Assembly: GCA_003427395.1 (NCBI GenBank)
Contig: BFEA01000023.1
Location: forward strand, 2,016,220 to 2,068,437
Direction of reading: 5' to 3'
DNA length: 52,218 nt
From: Chara braunii
Taxonomy: Eukaryota > Plantae > Charophyceae
The position numbers and the translations under genes are program-made. Position 1 is the stretch's first letter. Each line of letters opens with the position of its first letter. Of the stretch, positions 1 through 11,850 are shown one piece after another. The notes beneath the pieces are model-generated. The model saw only the letters and a list, made by a program, of their open reading frames with translations. It was not told where the DNA came from and ran no database searches.

Positions 1-35
1 CAAACAAACAAACAAACAAACAAACAAAGACAAAA

Positions 36-730
36 TGCGGTCAAACTCCGACGAACCAGTTTGTCACATGCACCTCGTTTGTTGTCCTCTTTTCTCTCTC
101 TCTACCATATATATATATATGATCACAAACATATATGATGACTCTGTGAAACTCAGACGAAACAGTTTGTCTTAGCCCCTGCTCTGGTGTCATCTTCTCT
201 CTCTATCTGCCCACGGTTTACCCGGGTAGATATATATATATATCGTCATGTATATGAAGAAAAATCAAAAACTCCGACGAAACAGTTTGTCACAGCCCAT
301 CCTTTTTTGTCCTCTTCTCTCTGTCTCTACCAACGGTTTACCGGACAGTTCTGTTTGTGACGATATATATATGAGTCGGTGAAACTCCGACGAAACAGTT
401 TGTCACAGCCCCTCGTTTGTTGTCCTCTTCTCTCTCTCTGCCTACGGTTTACCGGGCAGTTCTGTTTGTGACGATATATATATAGATATATATATATATA
501 TGATTTACCGACCACTTCTGTTTCTGTGCTTGCATGTGTATATGTTGTGGGTGTCTATGCTGAGCGCTGTGTATGAAGTACAATAATAATAATAATAAGA
601 AGAAGAAGAAGATGAGTCAAGGACAAAAACAAGACCTAACAGAACAAAAAAAACAATTATCTGACATATATATATATATGTCCTCTTCTCTCTGTCTGCC
701 TACGGTTTACCGGCCAGTTCTGTTCGTGAA
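36..730 (+). repeat. Minisatellite, unit of about 115 bp (ACTCCGACGAAACAGTTTGTCACAGCCC...ACGGTTTACCGGGCAGTTCTGTTTGTGACG) interleaved with (TA)n
   Basis: Four near-complete tandem copies plus a partial one. An inverted copy lies at about 1536-1612 and a dispersed partial copy at 28542-28580. Confidence 0.85.
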
Positions 731-1009
731 TATATATATATATATATATATATATAGATAGATAGATATAGATATAGATATATATATACACTCAGCGTTG
801 TGTGTGCTGCCATGTACATGTCCGAACAATGTCTGAGTCGCATAAGAAATAAAACGAAGAAAACTAACAAAGGAAACCTAAAACGACGAATAAGAGAACA
901 AGATCAAAAAATCAAACGAAGTAAACTAAAAAACGAAACCTAAAACATATTGTGCAAACGTCATGCCTGATGGCAACGTGATGCAAGCAGTTTCGATGCA
1001 ACAGGCCAA

Positions 1010-2170
<1,161 letters not shown>

Positions 2171-2575
2171 GAAACGACCACGCACGAACACGTAGACAAA
2201 CACGCAACCAAATGCATAACACCATACTCACACTTACACAGAACCGCAGCAAAGCGGAGGATCGACGACGGCCAACACAACTCCAAACGCGCGACCGCAT
2301 GCACACAACACAATAGCGAACACTCGCCAACACACCCACCGCTACTGGACGCCGCTCAAACACGCATGCACACACAGCCGCCGCGGAAGAGAAACGCAGC
2401 CTGTCGTGCACCCGCGTCGCGAAAACACAAAACGTGTGCGACATCGCCAGCACGCTGGAGGTGCAGTGGACAGGTGGACAAAGCGATGGCGCCTTTGTCA
2501 CATCCCGAACGCAACCCGACAGACACACGAACCACCGCACAGGAAACCTAACCGACCACCCACCACGACGTCACG

Positions 2576-2577
<2 letters not shown>

Positions 2578-2617
<40 letters not shown>

Positions 2618-2774
2618 NNNNNNNNNNNNNNNNNNNNNNNNNNNNNNNNNNNNNNNNNNNNNNNNNNNNNNNNNNNNNNNNNNNNNNNNNNNNNNNNNNN
2701 NNNNNNNNNNNNNNNNNNNNNNNNNNNNNNNNNNNNNNNNNNNNNNNNNNNNNNNNNNNNNNNNNNNNNNNNNN

Positions 2775-2842
<68 letters not shown>
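2578..2842. repeat. (GA)n microsatellite spanning an assembly gap
   Basis: (GA)n on both sides of an N run. Other gaps are at 27378-27583, 42630-42830 and 44303-44508. Confidence 0.95.
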
Positions 2843-2845
<3 letters not shown>

Positions 2846-3890
2846 GGCCACATCGCCGCACTGCTCGCTGGCCTCGCAGACCAACAACGACCCCAACCAC
2901 ATCGCACTCGAACAAGTTCACGCTGCCAGAAATGAAACGGCAAGGACGACGAACGGAAACAACAGAGCAAGGAGGCAGGGTCGGGTTAGGGGGATCATGG
3001 CGATGGCACACATGACTGTCAAAACCCCGATTATAGGTGAAAGCGTCAACGACATCGAAACCCTGCACGACTACACAGAGGAGACGCGTTTCCACATCGT
3101 CGTCTCATATGTATATATCGGTAGTACCGGGACAACGGTAACAATAACAAAATAAATAATACAAAAAAAAAGGCGCTCGGCGACGGATTTTTTGGATCTG
3201 TTTTCGTTTTTGTTTTTCACATTTTCATTGCGGGCCTTCAATTCCCGCCACAGCGCGACAGTCTAGTACAGATTGTCGGCGGCCCAATAACTGGACCACC
3301 CGACCGTTTCGCTGCCGCTTGATGAAACCCCGCCATCGGCCGCCCTCTACACCGTGGGGCCTTGGTGCAGTACCCAGGGACTTCGCAAGATCGGTGAGTT
3401 GGGGCGGACGACCTCCGAAAAACGCTCCCCTAACTCACCGGTACTGGGGGTTTTCGATGGCGGGGGGACCTGTGGTTTAACTAATGCAGTGTCTTGCACC
3501 ATTATACCTCTTACTTATTAGCTTTTAGCTGATAGGCTTGCAAGTGTTACATTACCTGCCCATAAAATATTCAATCGTTATACTGCCTAAGGAACACAAG
3601 TAAAGAACCGGCTCAGAAACCTGGAGTCGATAAAGAAGGTCCTTGGATAAGACTTTTGACTTTGCAAAAAGGAAGAGGAGTATTGGAGGGGAAAAATGAG
3701 AAAAGGTAGAGAAGGAGATGATATGTGATTGTGCGGTGATCAGGGCAACTAACCCAAGCATTCGACCTCTCTTGGTAAAGTGGCTTAGTACTGTTTTTTG
3801 TAAAGAATACTGTACCGCTCCTTACCTTGCCTTTAGTCACTTTTTTGTGCTCACTCGACAATACTCTAAAGATAAATTATTTACTTCTAA

Positions 3891-4447
3891 AAGAAGGAAT
3901 AAGAAAACTCCCGTGGGGTCATCCTATTGCTTGCTTGGTTCTAAACTAACAGACCTCATATGATACTGTAACAAAAGGGGTTACTGATACTTGTCTGTGT
4001 CTACTAACTCAATCATAGCTCGTCTAACTCTGAGAGAATAGTAGGGTAGCTCCCGTGGGGCCATCCTATTACGCTCTTAAGGACAGACTGGGCTCTGATA
4101 AAGGAGTAATTGGGAAATTTTGTGAAGGTCACCTATTGCTAACTTGAATTTTATACTGAATTTTTGATACGAGGTGGTCTGAATTGTTGATGAATGTTAG
4201 AACATGTATTGAAAATGCCTCAACAATGCCTTCTCAACTACTTGTTTTAACTGATAAAGTGATACTCTCATGCGAGTTATCTGGTCGCTTGCATAAAATT
4301 GTTTGAAATGATTGATTGTATAAAGACTGCATGGATTTTGAAGGGTGGTTGAGTGCTCTCGTGGGGCTACTCAATTACTCATTTGACTAACCGTTTTGTC
4401 TCGAATTGATCAACTAGTGGAAGATTCTCGTGTAAATCAACCCACTA
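3891..4447 (+). repeat. Array of five stem-loops with a conserved (Y)GTG apical loop and divergent stems
   Basis: Hairpins at 3891-3936, 4031-4079, 4101-4145, 4343-4380 and 4415-4447. Three share CTCYCGTGGGG. Stem sequences differ but stay paired. Confidence 0.7.
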
Positions 4448-6184
4448 TTTGTGTATGTCTACCATCTTGCGTACATGATTCACCCTTCATTTTGAAAGTC
4501 GTACCGATGGATCATTACCTATGTATTATGCTTGCACCTTTCTTTCTATGCCACAACAATTTATGCAGAGTTATCTCTTACCCATCATACATGAGAGTTG
4601 TCCGGAAGACAACCATAGTGGGTTCAAGTGTTGCTTGTCCTGAGATAGTCTGAATGAAGCGCTTGTTCTGATGAAGTCCGAATCTCTGATCTGGGTCACT
4701 ATGATCAAAAATATAAGAAGGGTTGAATCTCCGCTATATCATACTATTGGAGTACCTCTCTTAAAAGACTAGAAAAAGTCCCGATGAGGTAGAAAAAGAA
4801 GACGATGCGTACCTTTAGTTCCCTTTTGGAGCTGGATGATGTAAGTAAGTGTCGAATATACCCGTTGAACCCTAAAAAACATATAGTTGTTAGGCTACGT
4901 ACTTGAAAACCACGCGTGTTCGTGAGGTCATACATCATAGTACTTTCTTACTACAGGATTGTAAATTAAACTAGCCTTATTAATTATTGCTACAAAATTT
5001 AAATAGATTATCAAATTTTTAAGATCAATATGATATAGATGATAATGATAGACTTGGTCTCTCGATAATAGTCTGACTCTGAAGGTTGCATTATGCAACA
5101 TATGGGCTTATGACTACCTATTCAAGAATAATAACCATCTAGCTGCCAACATTATACTGTAGCAAAGTCATATACTTAATATGTACGTTTAAATGGTGGT
5201 GAATTAACGTATATCAGGTTCATTCTGATACAAAGAATCTCGATTTTCTGTGTAGCTTTCAAAAGAGTCAGCTTGGGGTATGTATGGTAATGAGACTTTA
5301 AAAACCCGATTATAAACTTAATGTGAGATTATATGAGTAGGTAAATGAAATAAAAGTGGGCGATACTATGTTTAGTTATCTCATAAGTTAAAGACCGACT
5401 AGCTAGTAGGAATAAGTTTATAACATTAAGGCAGTGTGATATGGGGTTTGATTAGTAGGGTTATTTAATCATGAAATATAAATTAATTATTTCATTACGC
5501 ACTTAGTGACTATCTGATCTTTAGGGACAAATAGTATAGCGAGCGTAATATTAGGTTATCTATTTGAAACATACGTATCCGTTTGAGGTTGTATATAATA
5601 GAGTATGATAATAAATTAGGTTTAGGAGTCATTGCATAGAGAGTCCAAATAAATTTATTGGATTCTTGAAAGAGATATGAATAAATTTAAATTTTGTTGA
5701 TTGGTTAAGAATTGAAAATTGTATCATGAAAATGATAAATATGAGACTATCTACTTAAATCACTTTCTCCTTTAATACTAGATAATCAGAGTATGAGAGT
5801 ATCCGCTTAAGGGTTATCCAACTCCTCGGATTACAGTATTATATAAAGAATGATAAAGTTATTTATTTCCGCTATAGAGAACGTGCATGGTCGGGTATGA
5901 ACGAATGTATGTAAGAATGAGTGATATATGTTTCAAGTGATGTGTTATTGTATGTCTTGTTGGCTAAAGTTGAAACTGGTAATGAATGTATGTAGTTATT
6001 GATTGTCTGATGACTGTTTTGTGCCTATTTGACTATGTTTATGAATTCCTTTCTTCAGTAAGGATATAAAATTGTATGAAATCCACGTTTGGCATGAGAC
6101 TGAAGGTGAATGGAGTGACCAACCTTTGAAGAGAAGAAATTTTCTCAAGGGAGGTCAGCATGCAAAATTTATCCTCTGAAAGAT

Positions 6185-8245
6185 TGCAACGTCGATTGAT
6201 ACTTTTTCCAAGCGGCTTAAAGAGAGTATAGTAAAGTCTCGTAGGTGGTAGTGAGACTCACGCCGGAACAATTTTTCTGGTCCATAGTGGGGTGTTGTCC
6301 CCTTTTCTGATGAGGAAAATGTGACTACATCATCATCGAAGGGGAGGAAAATGTTAGGGACTTTGTTAGGACGCTGTCTATAGTGAAGGCGGCTGTTGTT
6401 CGCCATGAGGTTAGGAGTGGTTACCTAACTTTGTGTCGAGCAGAGCCACCTCATCTCCATGGTCAAGGCCTAACCAACCTAGAGCATGTGGGGCCCGTTC
6501 GACTCTGTTGGCAGTATACTGATGGGGTCTCGGCATTGAAATCGGAGGGAGACGTTGTGAGGCTCAGTCTTGGAACGGGGCTCAAGATCTGAGATGTTAT
6601 CTCTTTGGCAGGATTACACCACCCCTCGACTCAGTATACCTCTGCAAAGTCAGCAAGAGCAATAAATGTTATGTCATCATTGTTGTTGTTTTTGTATCTC
6701 ATTGTATTTGTTTTAGTGGTGTTTTCATTGTAAACATCGTTCTCATTGATAATGGAAGTAACCGGTTGGTGTCTGATTGAAGTGATTTGATTGAATATTT
6801 TTTAATTGTCATTTACTTCCCTTTCAGTTTGAACATTTATTTATAATGTTACTTGTTCATTATTTACGTCAGGAGAATGTCGTTTACATTTGTATTGTCA
6901 AAGTCCTGTGAAAACAGGGGGAAAACCATGCGTACAACAAAAGTTGTGTTTGGATTGTTTCCTCACTATTGGCTCTGATTTGATTGACATTATATGATAT
7001 TTTGATTTTTGGTGATCATCTCAGAGAAGGTTTTATCCTCCTTGAGTATGTTCTGATTAATACTCGGACAAGAGTATTATAGACGTATTCGTACGATACG
7101 TTATTGAGTCGGTTCTTATTTGGATGATTTAAGATGTAACCCCTAAATGGAGGGCTGACGGTGACCTCAAAAATTGAGTCTTATTTTGAGTTATGAAAAT
7201 TATTGGAGGGACACCAAAAAATGGGCCCTGCAATGAAAAGACACATGAGATGTGTCCTCTTTTTTAGCTTCTTTTTGTGTATATTTTGCAGAGGGCACCG
7301 TTCACCATCCCAATGAGGTTAGTCTGAGATAAGATTAAAGGTTCCCGAAATGAAATCGTTTAGAATTGTTGATGTTATGAAAAAAATATCTTTTGCATCA
7401 ATAATATTGTGAAAACCAAAATGTTTATATTTATTTTGAGTTTTCAACTCATTTACTTATTTTTGGAGATCCCCGAGACGTGTGTTTGATTGAGCTGAGA
7501 TCGAGACAGGAAGACACGACCACTGAGTGACAACCTGACGATGTCCCTCGTTCATCGACTACTTGACAATCTGACGATGATGAGAAATTTGTTTTTATTG
7601 GTTGGTTCATATATTGATTTTTTGTATATATTGAAATACACATCGTTCATCCAATAAGTGGCAACCTGACGAGGGGGGAAATTTTGTCAATAAATTATGA
7701 ATTTTTTTTTGTATATATTGCAATAAACATCGTTTATCCACTTCAGGAGGTCAGTCTGAGGGGCTAAATTACCAAGCCTACGGTGGAAAATTAGTATCGT
7801 TGTGACGTAACTCCCAGCGTTGACTGCTGACCAAGTATAACCAGACAGCGGACCTTCTCGTTTTGGCCTAGAGTTGAAACCCGAAGGGCGGTCACCCTAT
7901 TGGGGATCAACTCAAGTAGTTATCAGAGGGGTCGAGAGTCAGGTCTAGAAGCTGAGTAAAACCCAGGATAGGAGGATTTACCTGTTACTGCGTAGCCAAT
8001 ACGGGAACCACTGTTAATATAACAACATAGTGAGCCGCAGATCAGACATGATCAATCGGACTGTGGTAGGTTAAGACCAAAACCGTCGATCCTCTCGCAT
8101 TAGACTTCGGGTGGGACGGTAATATGGTTTAGGTTAAGACCCGCATCCAAAGGGGCAGATTTCATGACTTCTCGGACAACCAACGAGGATCTGGGAAAAA
8201 AGTTTAAGGATGTGGAAAAGATAATTGTTGTCTCTCTTGATAACT
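6185..8245 (+). repeat. Structured unit A (~2 kb), paralog of unit B
   Basis: Colinear with 9915-11850. Shared blocks include GTAGGTGGTAGTGAGACTCA, CCAATACGGGAACCACTGTTAATATAACAACA and GACAACCAACGAGGATCTGGGA. About 77% identity in a hand-aligned ungapped 186-nt block. Confidence 0.9.
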
Positions 8246-9441
8246 TTCACCGTTACAGTACAGATCCAGTATCCCCACCATTGGTTCATTAAGTTTGGTT
8301 TGTGAGTTTCATTATGTGGGAGATCCGGGTTAGAATCTCTGCGATGGTAAAATGCATCAAGAGAGGCAATGTGAATCTTGACCGCATCTCAATCCAAGGA
8401 CTCGGATTTGGTTATCCACTTATCAAAGATGCGCCTTATTTTGGGAAAGGGATCTACCTTTTCTTTCAAAAAGAAAAGAGAGGTACGTGTATTGTTTTGT
8501 ATTGTATCATCTGTCCAGTAGTGTTATTGATCATGTCATATTTTATCAATTGATTTGATCATGGGGAACGATGTAAGGGGAAATTGTATGAACTATCGTG
8601 ATAAAAGTCCCAAGCGACGGGGACGTCGCTTAATAGGGTATGGGAATATTGTCGGACCAAATACCCTTACAAGGGTATTTGACCATGCTTTTGCAGTCGA
8701 CACAACAATGCCAGCGGCTACCAAAACGGAGCCGGTCTAAAATAAAAATGTGTGCGCGTTCTAGCGCGACGCTTTAAAACAATTTCCTCGACCATTGGGG
8801 CCGAGGCTAATCGGTGAGAAAAATTCGTTACGTATGTGCAGTCATTGTTGTAACGAGCGCTCTGATGGTCAGAATCGATAGTAATATTTTTCGACCAAAG
8901 ATGTCGAGAGATCGGTTGGGGTAGTGCTGTGTCAGATAGATCTACGACACACACTGAGACTTATTCATCGGTACGTTCGTTAGGGTAAATTAATATACGC
9001 CCCGGCCATACGGCCGAGGCGATTATTAATGTGTGATCGACGAGATTGCAATAGCACTCGGAATGCTAACTGTTGTTTTTTTCTGCTCGGCGGCTTGGTC
9101 CGTACACGTCTACTAAGGCTTGAGTGGTACCGGACGACCTGCTACTTGAGTGTTTTTCCCCGCTGCTCTGAGAGTCGCAGGCCTACCCCCGTTACTTAAG
9201 TGTTTTTCCGCGGCAACCCTCAATGTCACGGCCAACGGTAGGTACCGACCCTTCAGGCCTTCCGATAAACTAAGTACACTTGCGGGTCACACACACACTC
9301 AAGCCGACAAACACTCAGACAGACACGCATACCAGCAAGAGTGTAAACACACACACATACTTAGAAATGGGTTCAGGGCACTAGGTGGACTGAACCCCAC
9401 TTCTCTACATATACTGGAGTTGTTCCTCTTCTAATCGAAGT

Positions 9442-9528
9442 AGGAGCTAGCTGAGTGGGTTTCGGTGCGCATTGGGAATTAGGTGACTTGGGGATCGAAT
9501 CCATCCGACCCCGAGCTAGCTCCTTTTT
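9442..9528 (+). ncRNA. Putative Pol III type-2 small RNA cassette (A box, B box, terminal stem, T5)
   Basis: A box TAGCTGAGTGG 9448-9458; B-box-like GGATCGAATCC 9492-9502; 11-bp terminal stem AGGAGCTAGCT/AGCTAGCTCCT; TTTTT 9524-9528. It does not fold as a tRNA cloverleaf. Confidence 0.4.
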
Positions 9529-9914
9529 ACAATGAGCTCTTCTACGGTTTTACCCGGTATCGGTCGACAGGGGCTTGAACCCGTGACCTCGGGTTCAAGA
9601 TCTGTTACAGTTAGAGTCGTCGCGACACTTGGCACGCGCGGGTAGTTAGTAGTTAGATTCGATTCTTTTATTTTTTATTTTTTTAGTTATAGTTAGATTC
9701 TTCTTTTATTTATTATTATTATTATTATCATTTTTGGGGGCTTCTATCTCGTACTTCACGCGGTAGATTTTTATAGATGAATCCGCTACCAAATTGCGGG
9801 CAAGTTCGTTCTTATCTAGGTCGAATGATAACATCGAGATCGGCCCACTTGATATCGGCTCACATGTTCGAGAGAGGAGCGAGGGAAAGTAGAGTGCGGG
9901 ACCGCCACGCGCGA

Positions 9915-11850
9915 CAACGATGTTGATTGATATTTGTGCCTAATGGCTTAAGGAAGCCATAGTTAAGTCCTGTAGGTGGTAGTGAGACTCATACCAAAAC
10001 AATGTTTCTGGACCTTGGTGGGTATTGTCACTTTCCCTTACGAGGCGAGGTGCATACTCTATCATTGAAAGGAAAAAAAATGTTCAAGGCCTTCTCGTGA
10101 CTCTAATGGTGATTAAGGCAGCTACTACTTAGCATGTTCAGGTTTGGATTGAAAACCTAACTTTGTTTCATGATAGGTAGATCCACCATACTTTGGAGAA
10201 AAATTGTCTTGCCTGTCGGACCTTAGACCGGTGTGACTGGGGTTGTTTTACTTCGCTTGATGAGGTCGGTAAGGTAGGAACACTAATATCGAAGGGAGAT
10301 GTGGTGAGGCTTAGTTCGAAAGCGGAGTTCGGGATATCCCTCGACACAGTATACTTCTGTTAAGCCTGGCGGAGTACATACTATGTCCTCATCATTGTTG
10401 TTTTTGTAACTCTATTGTAGTCACATAATTAAAAAAAAATGTTATTTGCATTTTCGATTGTTATTGAAAGGTACTACGAGGTGACGTTTGTTCGAAATTG
10501 ATTTGACTGGTGTTGTAATATTAAAATGATATCATTATTATTTCTTACTTTAAACATAAACCTTTGCTAAATGTGTTATTTATTGTAATAAATTATATGA
10601 ACTTATCTCCTTTCTTTGTATGACATGAGAATGACATTTTCATTTGTATTGTAATGTTCCGTGGAAATAGGGGTGAAACCCTGCGTACAGTAAAAAATTA
10701 TTTATGATTTGTTTCCTTACTGATGGATTCGATTTGATTGACATGATATGATTTACATATTTCATGACTATCTCAGAGAAGATGTACTCCTTCTTGAGTA
10801 CGTCATGATTAATACTCCGATGCGAGTATTATACAAATATTTGTACGGTACATAATTGAATTAGTCATTATTTTAATTATCTAAGATCTAACCCCAAAAT
10901 GGAAGGTTAACTGTGACCTTAAAAATCGAGTCTTATTTTGAATCATGAAATTATTGATATTGGACAGACACTAAAAATGTGTCCTGCTTGATAAAACACA
11001 TGAGATATGTCATATTTGAAATACATTTAAGTTGTGTTTATTTTGGAGAAGACACTGATCACCATCCTAATGGGGTTACTCTAAGATAAAGTACAAGATC
11101 CAAGAATGGGATCGTTCAGAATTATTGATGTTATGAAAATATATCTTTTGTATTGATAATGGTGTAAAAGCTAAAAATTTTATATTTATTTTGGGTTTTC
11201 ATCTCGTTTTACGTATTTTGATAGATCCCCTAGACATATATTTAACTAAGTCGTGATCGACCCCTAAGTGGCAACCTGACGATGATGAAAATGGTCAATA
11301 CTTTTATATATATATATATTTTTTTTTGAAATGAGTATCGTTCATCCACCCCGGGAGGTCTGTCTGAGATACTAAAATCACCAAGCGTATGATAAAAAAT
11401 TAACATCATTGGGACGTAACTCCCAGCGTGGGTTGCTGACCAAGTATAACTAGGCGGCAAAGCTTCTGGTTTTAGCCTAGAGTTAAAACCCAAAGGGCGA
11501 CCGCCCTATTGAGGGAATAAACTCGGGTGGTTACTAGAGAGGTCGGGAGTCAAGTTTAGAAGTTGCATAAAACTCGGGATAGGAAAATTTACCCGTCATT
11601 GCGTAACCAATACGGGAACCACTGTTAATATAACAACACAGTGAGCTGCAAATCTGGCTTGATCAACCGGGTTGTGTTGGGTTTAGACCAAGAATGTTGA
11701 TCCCCTCGCATTAGACTTTGGGTGCGACGGTAATTAGTTTTGATTAAGAACCGCGTCCAAAGGGGTAAGTTCATTGACTCCACTGACAACCAACGAGGAT
11801 CTGGGAAGAAAGTATAAAGTTGTGATAAAAATGACCACTGTTTCTGTTAC
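9915..11850 (+). repeat. Structured unit B (~1.9 kb), paralog of unit A
   Basis: See unit A. The same hairpins are kept through compensatory or wobble changes. Confidence 0.9.

Noticed and set aside
3891-4447. CRISPR array or iron-responsive elements
   Set aside because: Repeats are too divergent with irregular spacing and no cas genes, in a eukaryotic context. The loop and bulge do not fit the IRE CAGUGN plus C-bulge consensus.
6155-6406. Minus-strand ORF with ESHYHL as an HUH/Rep motif, and protein-like similarity between units A and B
   Set aside because: The corresponding frame in unit B has stops and frameshifts, there is no codon-position bias in the longest ungapped block, and no other Rep motifs are present.
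7136-7148. Telomerase RNA template (TAACCCCTAAA)
   Set aside because: It does not match a TTTAGGG template (four C) and differs in unit B.
6307-7680. Hammerhead ribozymes at CTGATGA/CTGACGA motifs (also 4668 and 11277)
   Set aside because: No stem II followed by GAAA, stem III and UH. The 6307 motif is not conserved in B and the others sit in ordinary stems.
9561-9600. tRNA on the minus strand (GAGGTCACGGGTTCAAGCCCC)
   Set aside because: Only a T-arm-like stretch with no D or anticodon arms. It is better explained as the perfect hairpin CTTGAACCCG/CGGGTTCAAG.
7730-9870. Divergent rRNA or group I/II intron (NUMT/NUPT)
   Set aside because: Only short chance-level resemblances (e.g. GATATCGGCTC at about 9851). 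Universal rRNA motifs, P7/P7' and canonical domain V are absent, and there are no flanking organellar exons.
6185-11850. Coding under an alternative genetic code (TAA/TAG=Gln or TGA=Trp)
   Set aside because: All three stop types and frame-breaking indels occur. No single reassignment opened a long frame in both copies in the parts I translated.
6185-11850. A and B as the paired LTRs of one retrotransposon
   Set aside because: No TG...CA ends, PBS, PPT or TSD were found, and the substitutions appear to preserve pairing. Not fully excluded.
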